Origin: a virus
Taxonomy: Duplodnaviria; Caudoviricetes
Length of the DNA: 64,000 nucleotides
Virus record (IMG/VR): IMGVR_UViG_2883475777_000001
Reading direction: 5' to 3' (one strand)
Part shown: one piece after another, positions 17,244-27,075 of the stretch
How the letters are laid out: every line of letters begins with the position of its first letter
How positions within the stretch are numbered: the stretch's first letter is position 1
Notes under the pieces: generated by a model
Told to the model about the DNA's origin: nothing
Seen by the model: the letters and a program-made list of their open reading frames with translations, nothing else
Databases searched by the model: none
Program-made: the position numbers and the translations under genes

Positions 17244-19415
17244 TTAGGGAATTGATTCAGAAGAACTCGGCAGCTCTGGCGTCGATGGTGATTCGCTTGC
17301 GCTGGGCGTACTCGACGAAGGCAATTCGGGTTCGGTGCTACTGCTTGACGATTCACTCGAACTGGACGATGTCGGAACCGGCGGCGGCACAGTGGAACTG
17401 CTGGGAGTCGGCGAACCGCTACCCGAAGGCATCGGCGTGGAGCTGCTGGCACTTGGTGTTGGGACGGCGCTGGACTCACTCGACGAACTGCTTTCCGCCG
17501 ATGAGGACGAACTCGACGACGAACTGCTATCGACCGAACTTGGAGTTGGCCCGCTGCTCGGCGGCTCGGTGCTTGAAGATGGCAGGCTGTCGCTGCTCGA
17601 CGAGCCCGATGTCGAACTCGAGGGAACAGAATTCGACGAGGAGCTGCCGCTCGAAGATGGATGGCTGCTCGATGACGAACTCGACGACGACGAACTGCTT
17701 GAACTTTCGGACGACGGACTGCTGCTGGAACTACTCGACGAAGGAAGGCTGGATGACGGTTGGATGCTACTGCTCGAAGATGGCTCGCTGCTGGAGGACG
17801 AACTCGATGAAGGTTCGCTCGACGAGCTTGACGACGATGAGCTGGAAGAGCTGCTGCTCGACGACGAACTACTGCTGCTGGAACTGCTGGACGAGGACTC
17901 GCTGGAGGACGAACTTGAACTGCTGCTGGACGACGGTTCGCTACTTGAGGAAGAACTTGACGACGAGCTGCTCGATGAACTGGATGAAGACGAACTCGAC
18001 GAGTTGCTCGATGAAGGCTCGCTGGATGACGAACTTGAACTGCTACTACTACTGCTCGATGAGCTCGAACTTGACGACGAGCTGGATGAACTCGGAGGGA
18101 CGCTCGATGAGTTGGACGAACTGGACGGGCAAGGACACTTCGGTACGCAGATCTTCTTGCCGCAGATTGTGATCTCCCAGCAATCGCCAGCGTCTTGCAC
18201 GTCGAAGTGCGCGCATGGGTCAGGTGCCGACGTGCTTGGTGACGACGAACTCGCCTCGCAACAGATTGGCACTTCGCAGTCGTCAGTGTCGTCGATCGAC
18301 ACCAGCTGTCCGCACACAAACGTGAGACGCTGCGTCGGAAACCGGATCGTGTCCCCGTATCGTTCGGGGCATGGCAGCAGCGTATCGACCGTCGTGGTCA
18401 GACCTTGACCGGGCGGGCACGACGGTTCGCTGGACGATCCCGACGAACTACTCTCGCTGGAACTGCTCGACGACGAACTCGACGAGGACGAACTGGAGGA
18501 CGACGAGCTGCTCGATGAACTCGACGAGGACGAAGAACTGGACGAACTCGACGAGTCGCAGCATCCTTCGCCGAGTTGCACGACTTCCCACTTGCGGCTG
18601 TCGGCCATCCATTTGGCCCAACCGAACGTGCCGGCCGGCACGCTGTCCGCCGGATCACAGCACTCGCCCGATGATTGCGGTTGGCAAACGTCGGGGCAAA
18701 CCACGCCGATTGAATCGTAGACGGTGAACGGGCAGTCGACCTCGCACCATTTCAAGTCGTCCGGCATCGGCGTCGGACAAGGCGGATTGGTTTTCGAGCC
18801 ATCGTAGATGACCCGCACCGCCGAAGCGGAGCCGCAACGGGAAAGCGGCGTGATCAGCTTGAAACGCCGCATGTCGTCGGGGTAGTTCGACAACCGCACG
18901 ACGGCCCATTGCCCGCCGGTTCCACCCTCTCGCCAGAGAATCTTGGCCGATCCGACGGGCCGGCTAGTCAGCGCCGTCGGATCGCAATGTTTGACGTCGG
19001 CGAACTCGTGGCAGGGGTCCTCGACCTCGATGTAAGCCGGGCAGACGCCCGAAACCCACGCCCGGCCGATCTTGCCGTCGCGCAGCGGGTCCAGCAGAAT
19101 CGCGAACCGCGTGAAGTGGCGAGGATGCTTCGGTTTGACGCCTTCCAGCGCGACTTGGTTTTTGAACTCGCGCAGATGATCGCCGGGTGAAATGATCGGC
19201 GAGTCGATGCCCAGCACATGAAACCGTAGGCGGTCGTCACCGCTGTTGTTGCGAACCTTGATGATGTCGCCCTGGCGAATCTGGTCCAGCGCCTCGGCGA
19301 GCTGGTCGTGCTTCTTCCCCTTCTGTTCTCGAACGGTGTCGAGAAACGAGTTCCAGACTTCCGCCGAGACATCGAGCGGCTGGCCGGCCTGCGTCTTTTT
19401 GAAGCGATCGGCCAT
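17244..19415 (-). CDS. Putative tail/virion protein with Cys-rich segments and long poly-Ser tracts
   Basis: Directly downstream of the tail genes; about 290-aa globular N-terminus, then Ser runs of more than 30 residues in mixed codons separated by Cys-rich modules. Confidence 0.75.
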   Translation of the reverse strand: MADRFKKTQAGQPLDVSAEVWNSFLDTVREQKGKKHDQLAEALDQIRQGDIIKVRNNSGDDRLRFHVLGIDSPIISPGDHLREFKNQVALEGVKPKHPRHFTRFAILLDPLRDGKIGRAWVSGVCPAYIEVEDPCHEFADVKHCDPTALTSRPVGSAKILWREGGTGGQWAVVRLSNYPDDMRRFKLITPLSRCGSASAVRVIYDGSKTNPPCPTPMPDDLKWCEVDCPFTVYDSIGVVCPDVCQPQSSGECCDPADSVPAGTFGWAKWMADSRKWEVVQLGEGCCDSSSSSSSSSSSSSSSSSSSSSSSSSSSSSSSSSESSSSGSSSEPSCPPGQGLTTTVDTLLPCPERYGDTIRFPTQRLTFVCGQLVSIDDTDDCEVPICCEASSSSPSTSAPDPCAHFDVQDAGDCWEITICGKKICVPKCPCPSSSSNSSSVPPSSSSSSSSSSSSSSSSSSSSSSSSEPSSSNSSSSSSSSSSSSSSSSSSSSSEPSSSSSSSSSSSESSSSSSSSSSSSSSSSSSSSSSSSSSSEPSSSSSSSSEPSSSSSIQPSSSLPSSSSSSSSPSSESSSSSSSSSSSSSSHPSSSGSSSSNSVPSSSTSGSSSSDSLPSSSTEPPSSGPTPSSVDSSSSSSSSSSAESSSSSESSAVPTPSASSSTPMPSGSGSPTPSSSTVPPPVPTSSSSSESSSSSTEPELPSSSTPSASESPSTPELPSSSESIP

Positions 19416-19418
19416 GCC

Positions 19419-20204
19419 CTACGTCCCAATTCCGAGGCCAGCGAAACTCCCGTACTCGTAGACCCGCTCGACGTAGGCGGCGATCGGCTTCTTGATCAGC
19501 ACTTTGGCCGCGTTGTCCTCTTCGTCTGCGAAGCGCACCCAGAGATAATGCCAGCCTTCCTTGTCGATGCCGGCGATGTTGCCCAATTGCAGACCCGCCA
19601 CGTTCGGGCTGGCCGCGAACCGGAACGTGATCTCCCAATCCTCGAAGCCACGCTTCGCGCCCGACGCGCCGAGGAATAGCACCTCGCCTTTGGCGAAGCC
19701 CTTGAACCCGGCGTCGTTGACGCGACCAGTCAGAAAGAAGAGCGTCGCCTTGTACGCGCCGGTCACCAGTGCATCGTCGATGTAATGCGTTTCGGTGAAG
19801 TTGTAGACCGGGACCGTGATGTCGGTCCCTTCAATCTGGTCCTGGTTGACGCCGATCGCGCTCTGAAAGTCGGGCGCGATCTCGCCGGGCGCGGGATAGC
19901 GATTGATCGTCTCGATGGCCTGACTGATGTGCTGCGTGCCGCCGCCGGTGTCGAAGGTGAACTGCGAATCGCTCTCGATCTTGACGTACTGGACGGAGCA
20001 TTCCCAAACGCCGCCGCCGACCGTCTTGATCGTGAAGCTGTCGCGTTTGAGCCCGTCGTAGATCGCCGGCGCGGTTGCGGCCACGAGCGATTTGACCAGC
20101 AGATCGTCATCGGTGCCTTGGACGACATACAGAAGCTCGGTATTCGGGCTTTCGCTTTCCGTCGCCTCGCGGCTGTCGAATTTCTCATCAATGGTGATGG
20201 CCAT
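19419..20204 (-). CDS. Putative distal tail protein
   Basis: 261 aa, immediately after the tape measure gene; position-based call. Confidence 0.55.
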   Translation of the reverse strand: MAITIDEKFDSREATESESPNTELLYVVQGTDDDLLVKSLVAATAPAIYDGLKRDSFTIKTVGGGVWECSVQYVKIESDSQFTFDTGGGTQHISQAIETINRYPAPGEIAPDFQSAIGVNQDQIEGTDITVPVYNFTETHYIDDALVTGAYKATLFFLTGRVNDAGFKGFAKGEVLFLGASGAKRGFEDWEITFRFAASPNVAGLQLGNIAGIDKEGWHYLWVRFADEEDNAAKVLIKKPIAAYVERVYEYGSFAGLGIGT

Positions 20205-20210
20205 AACGAT

Positions 20211-22211
20211 CTACTGTGCGAAGACGAGCTTTCCTTGTTTAGCCTGGTCCACCAGGTCCTTCGTGTTGACGACGATCTGCTCGGCGGCCCGCGCCGTCCG
20301 CTCGGCCAGGTTGTCCGCGCCGAGTCCGCGGGCAGCCAGCGCGTTGAACGTGCCTTTGACTTCGACCTTGCGCTGCTCTTCGCCGAGCGCCCCCGCGCTG
20401 AAGGACAGACTGTCTTGGAGTTCCTTCATGCGTTCTGGCTCGCTCGACTCGGCTTCAGCCCGTTTCTTCGCCGCTTCGGCGATGGCCTCCTGCCACTCGC
20501 GGCGAGCGTCCGCCAGTTCGCCCTCCGTTTCCCCAAGGTCTTCGGCGAACTGCCGTTGCCGGCGGGCGTGTTCCTCTCGCTGCATGTCGGTGAGCGTGCT
20601 CTCGACGCCGGCCCGGTCGCGTTCGATTTGTGCGCGTCGCTCTCGTCGCTCACGGTCCCGCCGGCCAACCGCCTCGAGCATCTTGTTGTCGGCGGCTTCA
20701 TTCGCCTGGCTGGTTTCGCGATTTATGCGATTGACCTCGGCGTTGACATCCACGTCCGAATCGAACAGCGACTTGAGCCGGACCCAGGCCTTCTTGATGA
20801 AGCCGACGGTCGAATGCCAGGTCTTGGTGAGCAGGTTGGTAAAGACCGACCAGGCGTCGGCGAGGAACCCGACCGTCTCGGTCCAGGCAACTTCGATGGC
20901 GGCCCAACCATCGTTAAAGATCTTCGCCGCGCCGAACACGGCATTCGTGGCGATAGAGAGGAAGAACTCCTTGAACTTGATCCACAGTCCGTTGAGGAAG
21001 TGGATGCCCCGCTTCCATTCCATCTTCAGCGTCAACCAGAGAATCTTCGCCGCCAGGGCGAGGTCGCCTGCCGCCAGCGCATCGCCGATTCCCTGCCACG
21101 CGGCGAGGGCATCGCTCTTGAGTACCTGAAACCGCTCGCCCAACCAGGCGAGCGCCTTGCCGCCAATTCCAGTCGCGTACAGCAGGTAGCCGGCCAGCGC
21201 CACGACAGCGAGAATGACCAAGCCGATCGGCGTGAGCAGCAGCGCGATGATTTTTCCCAGAATGGCAATCGCCGCTCCGACCGCCCCGATGACCGCGACC
21301 AGCCCGCCGATCACCGCGCCGATCACCGCGCCGGCGCTGGAGATCAGCGTGCCAAGAATAATGAGCGCAACGCCGGCGGCAACTACAGCGGCGGCGATCT
21401 TGAAGACCGTAACGACGAGCGTCTTGTTCTCTTTGATCCATTTGATGACCGACGTGATGAGGGGTGCGATTCGCTTCTGCATTTCCGTCAGCACTGGGGC
21501 GAGCGCTGCGCCGATCTGCACAACGATGGCCATTAGTTGGCGTTTCAAGCGGTTCAATGCGTCGGTCAACTCGGCTGCGGAGGTGGCGTCCTCGTCCGTC
21601 ATCGTGATGCCGAGCCGGCGGGCCTCTTTTTGTAGCGCTTCGATCGACGCCCGACCGCCTTCCAGCATGGGCAGTAGCTCACGGCCACTGCGGCCAAACA
21701 CGTTCAGGGCGACGCCAGCGCGGAGCGTGGGGTCTTCGATCTTGGAAATCGCCTCGGCCAGCAGCTTGAAGCGTTCTTCGGGGCTGGCCTGTTTGAACTG
21801 CTCAGCGGAGACGCCGAGCATGTCGAGAAGATCAGTGGACGTTTTCAGACCGCGCTCGACCATCACGGAAAAGCGGGCCATTGCTGCCAGCGAGCGGTCG
21901 AGTTGGTCGATGGACGCGCCGCCCTGTTCGGCAGCGAATCCTAGTTCGCTGAGCGCCTCAGCTGAGAAACCGGTCCGTGCCCGCATCTTGTCGAGCTGGT
22001 CACCCGTGGAAGCGAAGAGTTTCGCCGCTCCCAATAGAGGCGCGAGCATCGCGGCTCCGGCGGCCGCGACTTTGAGCCCCATCGCGCGGACGCCCGCACC
22101 GAAGGCCTGCAATCGCTTCGATGCGCGGGCCAGGCCGCGAACGAGACGGCTGTCCTTCGTGTAGAGTTCGACGTAGGCCGCGCCAGCGCGGATTGCTTGA
22201 GCCGAAGGCAT
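20211..22211 (-). CDS. Phage tail tape measure protein
   Basis: IRAGAAYVEL N-terminus, Ala-rich helical repeats, IFGRSG-like NVFGRSG motif, long hydrophobic segment; follows the chaperone genes. Confidence 0.88.
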   Translation of the reverse strand: MPSAQAIRAGAAYVELYTKDSRLVRGLARASKRLQAFGAGVRAMGLKVAAAGAAMLAPLLGAAKLFASTGDQLDKMRARTGFSAEALSELGFAAEQGGASIDQLDRSLAAMARFSVMVERGLKTSTDLLDMLGVSAEQFKQASPEERFKLLAEAISKIEDPTLRAGVALNVFGRSGRELLPMLEGGRASIEALQKEARRLGITMTDEDATSAAELTDALNRLKRQLMAIVVQIGAALAPVLTEMQKRIAPLITSVIKWIKENKTLVVTVFKIAAAVVAAGVALIILGTLISSAGAVIGAVIGGLVAVIGAVGAAIAILGKIIALLLTPIGLVILAVVALAGYLLYATGIGGKALAWLGERFQVLKSDALAAWQGIGDALAAGDLALAAKILWLTLKMEWKRGIHFLNGLWIKFKEFFLSIATNAVFGAAKIFNDGWAAIEVAWTETVGFLADAWSVFTNLLTKTWHSTVGFIKKAWVRLKSLFDSDVDVNAEVNRINRETSQANEAADNKMLEAVGRRDRERRERRAQIERDRAGVESTLTDMQREEHARRQRQFAEDLGETEGELADARREWQEAIAEAAKKRAEAESSEPERMKELQDSLSFSAGALGEEQRKVEVKGTFNALAARGLGADNLAERTARAAEQIVVNTKDLVDQAKQGKLVFAQ

Positions 22212-22223
22212 GGGTTATGTGAT

Positions 22224-22948
22224 TCACCTTTTATCAACAAACACACGTTTCAGGACGCGAATGCCGGTCTTGGAAATCGCGACCGGTTTTCGTTCAACCA
22301 GTGGATGGAACTCGGCGGGCGAGTACGGCTTCGACCGCTTTTTTGGGTTGCGGTGGACGTTCGCCGTCAGCGCCAAGACCGCCGCCGTGTGCGACCACTG
22401 GTCCTGCCGCCGCGCGCCGACCATCCAGATCAACTCGCGGAGGGTCAGCGGATTCGGATCGACGCCCACGATGCCGGCCAGTTGCCAGATCAGCTTCCAG
22501 GCGACGTCTCCGGTAACTCGCCTTCGCTCAGCAGCGCTTCCAGTTGCTGATCCAGTCTCGGATCGTCCAACCGCTTGCTGGCCGTCTCGACCGCCTTCGA
22601 CTGGAATGTTTTCAGTTTGGCCAGCGCCTTCGCCAGCACCTGGCGCTTGCCGCTCGGGAAAAAATCGACAAGTTCCTCCAGCAAGGCGGTCGTTGCGTTG
22701 TCGATCGCGTCGCCGGCCATCGCGCGGCCGAACTCTTCATCGCTGATTTCCTTCGTATCCGCTTCGGGCTTGCAGATCGCAAAGATCACGTCGCACAACA
22801 GGATTGGGTCGGAGACAAGCTGCTCGATCAGCTTTCCCTCGATGGCGTCCAGTAGATTCACCGAGAGGAGCGTCTTGACCCGTTTGATGCACTCGACGTT
22901 GATGGCGACCGTCCAGGTGCGGCCCGCGTTGTCGTTAAATGTCTTCAT
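22224..22948 (-). CDS. Tail assembly chaperone GT fusion via -1 programmed frameshift (about 241 aa)
   Basis: Slippery T TTT TTC (plus-strand 22658-22664); the -1 frame is stop-free from there into WKLIWQLAGIVGVDP... to TGA 22224. Confidence 0.7.
22490..22948 (-). CDS. Tail assembly chaperone (gpG-like)
   Basis: MKTFNDNAGRTW... 152 aa between tail tube and tape measure; contains ELVDFFP slip site. Confidence 0.75.
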   Translation of the reverse strand: MKTFNDNAGRTWTVAINVECIKRVKTLLSVNLLDAIEGKLIEQLVSDPILLCDVIFAICKPEADTKEISDEEFGRAMAGDAIDNATTALLEELVDFFPSGKRQVLAKALAKLKTFQSKAVETASKRLDDPRLDQQLEALLSEGELPETSPGS

Positions 22949-22965
22949 GCGTTCCTTTCGTTCGC

Positions 22966-23409
22966 TTACGGTCCGCCAGTGATCCATTCGGGCGCGTTGT
23001 CGGCGTAGGTTGGCTTGATCGAAACGTCGACCATGATGGCCTCTTCCAGCGCTTCGTTGCGCGTGAAGTTAAAGATGTCGAAGGTCGCTCGCAGTCCTTC
23101 CGAATCGGGATCGGTGATGTCGCCGTCCATCACTGCGAATTCCAGCGGCGCGTTGTTGAAGAACGCCTGACGGATCGCGTCGAAGCCTGCGTCGACCGTG
23201 TCCCAAACCATCTGGAACTCAATCGAGGCGTCCTTGAGCGTGCCAACCGTGGCTCGCCAGCCAGCGTTGGCGCGGGTCGTGACGTCGGCCTCGCCTTTCT
23301 CCAGGTTCAGCGTGACGTCTTTGACGTTGCTCACCTCGACCCAGACCGGCGTCGCGTAGTCGCCCGTGTTGCGATACAGCTTTGCATCCATGCCCAATCG
23401 TGTGGCCAT
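22966..23409 (-). CDS. Major tail (tube) protein
   Basis: 147 aa; VSNVKDVTLNLEKGEADVTTR...GW pattern; position upstream of the chaperone. Confidence 0.75.
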   Translation of the reverse strand: MATRLGMDAKLYRNTGDYATPVWVEVSNVKDVTLNLEKGEADVTTRANAGWRATVGTLKDASIEFQMVWDTVDAGFDAIRQAFFNNAPLEFAVMDGDITDPDSEGLRATFDIFNFTRNEALEEAIMVDVSIKPTYADNAPEWITGGP

Positions 23410-23425
23410 GACGTTCGTCTCCTAT

Positions 23426-23824
23426 TCAGTGCGCCTTAACGGAGCCTGCCCACTTGCGCGGCAGTCGCTCCTTGGTTGTTTCCAATGCCGGACCCATGAA
23501 CGGTCGCTTCGGGTAACGCTGCCGCTTGTACCGCCCGCCGTGCTCGTGTGCGGAAGCCGACTTTCCGACCTTCGTGTGCTCCGGACCGATCGCGACCAGA
23601 TCGTTCTGCTTCTCGACCGCGTACATGATCGCGCCGCGAAGCTGTCCTTTGCGGGTGCTGGGCGGCTTCCCCTCGGCGCTCGCCTTCTTGCGGCGTCGGA
23701 TGCTTCTCTTGGCCGTCAAGCGAATCGTCGCGCCGGCGTGGCCGAGGCTCTTGATGCTGCCCTTCTTGGCTTTGGCCAGCACCTGCTTCGTGTTGTCGCG
23801 CGTCCGCGACTGCATGGCGATCAT
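23426..23824 (-). CDS. Tail completion / HK97 gp10-like neck protein
   Basis: Basic 132-aa protein with HEHGG and C-terminal RPFMGPAL motif. Confidence 0.65.
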   Translation of the reverse strand: MIAMQSRTRDNTKQVLAKAKKGSIKSLGHAGATIRLTAKRSIRRRKKASAEGKPPSTRKGQLRGAIMYAVEKQNDLVAIGPEHTKVGKSASAHEHGGRYKRQRYPKRPFMGPALETTKERLPRKWAGSVKAH

Positions 23825-23827
23825 TCG

Positions 23828-24259
23828 TTACCTCACGACTCGAAACGTCAGCGTCAGGACGCTAGTGAACTGCCGTAGTTCGTCCCAGTGTTCCTGGGCG
23901 TAAATGGGTGCATGCTCCGTCTTGATCCAGTGGGCGTTCGGATACGCTGTCAGCCGTCGCAAACGAAAAAAGTCCGCGATCTCCTCGACCAAAGTCAGCA
24001 GTGGATCAATTTCCGCCGCATCGCCCGTCTCAAATTTCTTCTGCACCGCCACGTCGATCTGAAAGTCGTTCGTGTTGCGGGTGCGGTCGCTCTTGGTGAT
24101 CACCACGCCTTTGGGGACGACGCTGACGTGCAGATCTTTCATGTCCTGCAGTTCGAACGACGGAACGTAGTGCCGCGCTGCGGTGAGTGGCAGGCTCAAC
24201 GAAGCGGCGTTCAATTCGGCAACCAGCGCGTCGGCAACGTCCGTAATCACGGCCATCAA
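23828..24259 (-). CDS. Tail terminator (gpU-like)
   Basis: 143 aa; position between head-closure and gp10-like genes. Confidence 0.55.
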   Translation of the reverse strand: MMAVITDVADALVAELNAASLSLPLTAARHYVPSFELQDMKDLHVSVVPKGVVITKSDRTRNTNDFQIDVAVQKKFETGDAAEIDPLLTLVEEIADFFRLRRLTAYPNAHWIKTEHAPIYAQEHWDELRQFTSVLTLTFRVVR

Positions 24260-24639
24260 GCATCCTCCGTAGCGATGTGTTTCGTATGGACCCGCAGCGT
24301 TGTGCGATACGGATCGCTGTAGCGCCAGTGCGGCTCCGTCCCCAGAGGCATGACCTCGTAGGTGAACTTCTTTCCGGCGTCGATCTCTTCCACGCGGTCG
24401 CCTCGTTCGGGCAACGCCGGCTGGCCGGCGAGCACGAGATCAGCCGTGTCGATCAGGTAATCGCGAACCTCGGTGCGGACGATGACGCCGGTGCCATCGT
24501 CTTGTTCGAAGACCGTGCGGCCGACCGTGGCTTGCACGGGCACCGAATCTACGCCTCGCCGATACGTGACCGAGCGAGTGGCGTGTTTCTTTCGCTGACT
24601 TTGCAGCCAGTTCGATCCGGTTTCGAGGATGTCAGCCAC
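24256..24639 (-). CDS. Head-tail joining / head closure protein
   Basis: 127 aa; PERGDRVEE motif; position after DUF2190. Confidence 0.6.
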   Translation of the reverse strand: MADILETGSNWLQSQRKKHATRSVTYRRGVDSVPVQATVGRTVFEQDDGTGVIVRTEVRDYLIDTADLVLAGQPALPERGDRVEEIDAGKKFTYEVMPLGTEPHWRYSDPYRTTLRVHTKHIATEDA

Positions 24640-24654
24640 GATGTTGACTCCGAA

Positions 24655-24996
24655 TTACGGCGTGAGCTTGGCGCGAACGCTGGCGTCAGCGTCAGCCGCG
24701 TCTGCGACCGCTTTGCCGAGCAGCTTGTTCGCGCCGCCGCCATCGGTCGTAACGGCCACGTCATTGGCGTCATCCCAGTACGCCAGGTCGCCTGTTGAGA
24801 ACGTCACACCGCCGCCGGCCTCCTTGGCCACGTCGAAGACGCCTTCCACGGCCAGAGCGCCGAGCGTGTTGGCCTTGATCTCTCGTTTGGCGATGCCAAC
24901 CAGGTCGCTTTGCACCACCACATCGCCCGGAGCGACGTCCGCCCCAGGCGTGTGGTCGATGGCTGCGCCTTCGTGAACAAAAGTTGCTTGAGCCAT
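24655..24996 (-). CDS. DUF2190-family capsid decoration protein
   Basis: VAPGDVVV...VGIA...GALAVEGVFDV motif; directly after the capsid gene. Confidence 0.8.
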   Translation of the reverse strand: MAQATFVHEGAAIDHTPGADVAPGDVVVQSDLVGIAKREIKANTLGALAVEGVFDVAKEAGGGVTFSTGDLAYWDDANDVAVTTDGGGANKLLGKAVADAADADASVRAKLTP

Positions 24997-25041
24997 ATCA
25001 GCCTCCGATTGAATTTCAAGGTTTTGGTTGTCGTGTCAGGC

Positions 25042-27075
25042 TTACGCTTCGCCCTTGGCTTTCACGCCACCGCGCGAGTCTTGAAGTGCCACCCCGAAGT
25101 CGTGGTAACCTCGCATCTGGACACCGAGCTTGTTGAAGTCCGCCTCGGCCGTTTCGATCGTCGGGGCCTCTTGGCCGTTGAGGAATGCGACCTCGATGAC
25201 GGGCAGGTCGGTCGACTCGGCCAGCAGATACCAGGCCTTCGACGAATTGCCCGTGTATTGGGCGTTGGACAGGTAGCGACTGACCTCGACGCGGAACTTG
25301 CCCTGGTGCGGATTGGACACCGGGTACTTCGTGGTGGTCGTCGTGTCCCGCAGTTCCATCGACTTGAAGAGCTGCGAGCCGATGGCTGATAGCGACGTCG
25401 GCACGAGCAAGATCGCCGGCATGATGCCGATCGGCTTGCCGTCGCCATCGACCTGATCCATGAAGGTCACTTCGCCTTCGGTCAATCCGTCGATCGACAG
25501 CGCCGTGCTGGCACCGGTGATGTAGTTGTTGTTGCCCGCCGTGAAGAAGGCGCTGTTGGCCAGGAACGTTGACCAGAAGACGTCATTGATCTTCAGACCG
25601 CTGCCCCGACCAAGCTTGCGCGGCACGGTGGTGATGGCATTCAGGTCGTCGTTGATGATGTCGCGGCGATCGATCGAGAGCATCAGGCCGTAGGTGTCGG
25701 CCTTGTTCTCGTACTTCTCTTCGCCGAGCGTCCCGTGCTTGAGCTCGCCGCCGGGTGCGACCTGCTCGTATTGATCCTTGCCGACCAATCGGTAGCTGGT
25801 CACGGTCTTGAAGTCGCTCACGTTGCGCACTGCCGTAACGTTCCGCCAGGTCCGCTCGACGCTGAAGAAGCCATCGAGCAGGAATTTGTTAGCGACGTTC
25901 GACAGGATGCCGCCGATGTCGACGGTCGAGAATCCGGCTTCGAGCGTCGGGTTGAAGGCGTAACGCAACACAGCCCGGCTGTCGCGGAAGTTGCGGCCGG
26001 TGTAGCCGTTGGCCCATGCCGCTTCGAGCAGCAGTTCCTGCAGCCCGATGCCGCCGCGGAATCGCTCCGTCGCGGCGTCGAGCGTTTGACCGTCGAACAT
26101 GGCGTCGATCTGGTCCACGTGCCCTGTCAGCAGGCACGCCGCCTCGAGCACGCGGGCATTGATCGTCTTGTCGTGCATGTGAATCGCCGGCGTGCGGGGC
26201 CGGTTGGCGCGAAGCACTTCCAATTCACAGCGCGTCACGTCCCAGCCTTCACCGATCGCCTTGGCCTCGATCTCAGGAAAACGGCCCGCGCACAGTTGGC
26301 GGATCGCCGAGATGCGACTGACTTCGGCAGCAGCCTGCGAGCGGATTTCATCGACGGCGGAGCCGGCGGTCACAGCAGGGGCCTGCGTTTGTTGGTTCGC
26401 TTGGTGCGAATCCCGCTCGTTCGCGTCGGTATCTGTGGCGGCAGTGGTGTTTTCGGGGTCCATGTCGGAATTCTCCTCTTGCTTGTCGGTATGGTTGGCA
26501 GCGGCTGCGACCGTCGCGCTGGTCTGCCCATCCGCGCCGAGATCGACGAAACTGATCTCACTGAGCGTGGACTTGCGCACGACGTTGAGCGGGCCGGCGT
26601 GCTCCTGGCCGTTGACGATTACCGTTTGGCGTTCCTTGACGAACTCGAACTCATCGACGCTCGCTCCCACGGATGCCTGCCAGGGGAATCCGTTCTTCGA
26701 AGAGGCGACGACTTCGCGGGCGGCTGCTGTGTCGCGGGACACAATGCCCGTTGCCACCAGCTGCCCGCCGTCGATGCGGATGTTGTCCGTGTGCCCGACG
26801 CCGGACGTCGGGTCATGACTGAAGCGGATCGGCCGCGACTGCGAGGGAATCCCCAGTCCCGCGAGGTCGATGATGACCGGAAAACGCCAGCCCGCGATCC
26901 GCATCGGTGCGCCGGTGTAGGCGACCATTCGGAATCGGGGCAGCGCGGGCGCGGAGCCTTCATCGCCGGCTGACGCGACGTCGATCATCGCCGTCGCGGT
27001 GAGTTGCAGCGTGCTGGGCACGTTCTGCTTTTCAGGCTGCGCGGGCGGGCGCGTCTTCGTTTGCTTCTTCGCCAT
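25042..27075 (-). CDS. Prohead protease-scaffold-major capsid fusion protein (helper prophage)
   Basis: Protease part VAYTG...GFPWQASVG...LSEISFV; capsid part APGGELKHG...TYG...IDRRDIINDD...HDFG. Confidence 0.88.
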   Translation of the reverse strand: MAKKQTKTRPPAQPEKQNVPSTLQLTATAMIDVASAGDEGSAPALPRFRMVAYTGAPMRIAGWRFPVIIDLAGLGIPSQSRPIRFSHDPTSGVGHTDNIRIDGGQLVATGIVSRDTAAAREVVASSKNGFPWQASVGASVDEFEFVKERQTVIVNGQEHAGPLNVVRKSTLSEISFVDLGADGQTSATVAAAANHTDKQEENSDMDPENTTAATDTDANERDSHQANQQTQAPAVTAGSAVDEIRSQAAAEVSRISAIRQLCAGRFPEIEAKAIGEGWDVTRCELEVLRANRPRTPAIHMHDKTINARVLEAACLLTGHVDQIDAMFDGQTLDAATERFRGGIGLQELLLEAAWANGYTGRNFRDSRAVLRYAFNPTLEAGFSTVDIGGILSNVANKFLLDGFFSVERTWRNVTAVRNVSDFKTVTSYRLVGKDQYEQVAPGGELKHGTLGEEKYENKADTYGLMLSIDRRDIINDDLNAITTVPRKLGRGSGLKINDVFWSTFLANSAFFTAGNNNYITGASTALSIDGLTEGEVTFMDQVDGDGKPIGIMPAILLVPTSLSAIGSQLFKSMELRDTTTTTKYPVSNPHQGKFRVEVSRYLSNAQYTGNSSKAWYLLAESTDLPVIEVAFLNGQEAPTIETAEADFNKLGVQMRGYHDFGVALQDSRGGVKAKGEA

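Noticed and set aside
17135-18408. Long Leu/Asp/Glu-rich plus-strand ORF (17335-18408) and other alternative-frame ORFs over the poly-Ser region
   Set aside because: These are antisense or frame shadows of the TCN/AGY Ser tracts of 17244-19415; they have no RBS context and conflict with the tail operon.
17460-18560. Ser-coding repeats as a CRISPR array or microsatellite
   Set aside because: There is no constant repeat-spacer periodicity, no cas genes, and the codons are mixed.
19785-21536. 583-aa plus-strand ORF and similar long antisense ORFs (25735-26973, 35909-37006, 37941-38996, 45802-47541, 50118-51038, 52187-53134, 53582-54523)
   Set aside because: They lie antisense to well-supported genes; high-GC codon bias suppresses stops on the opposite strand, and no motifs were recognised.
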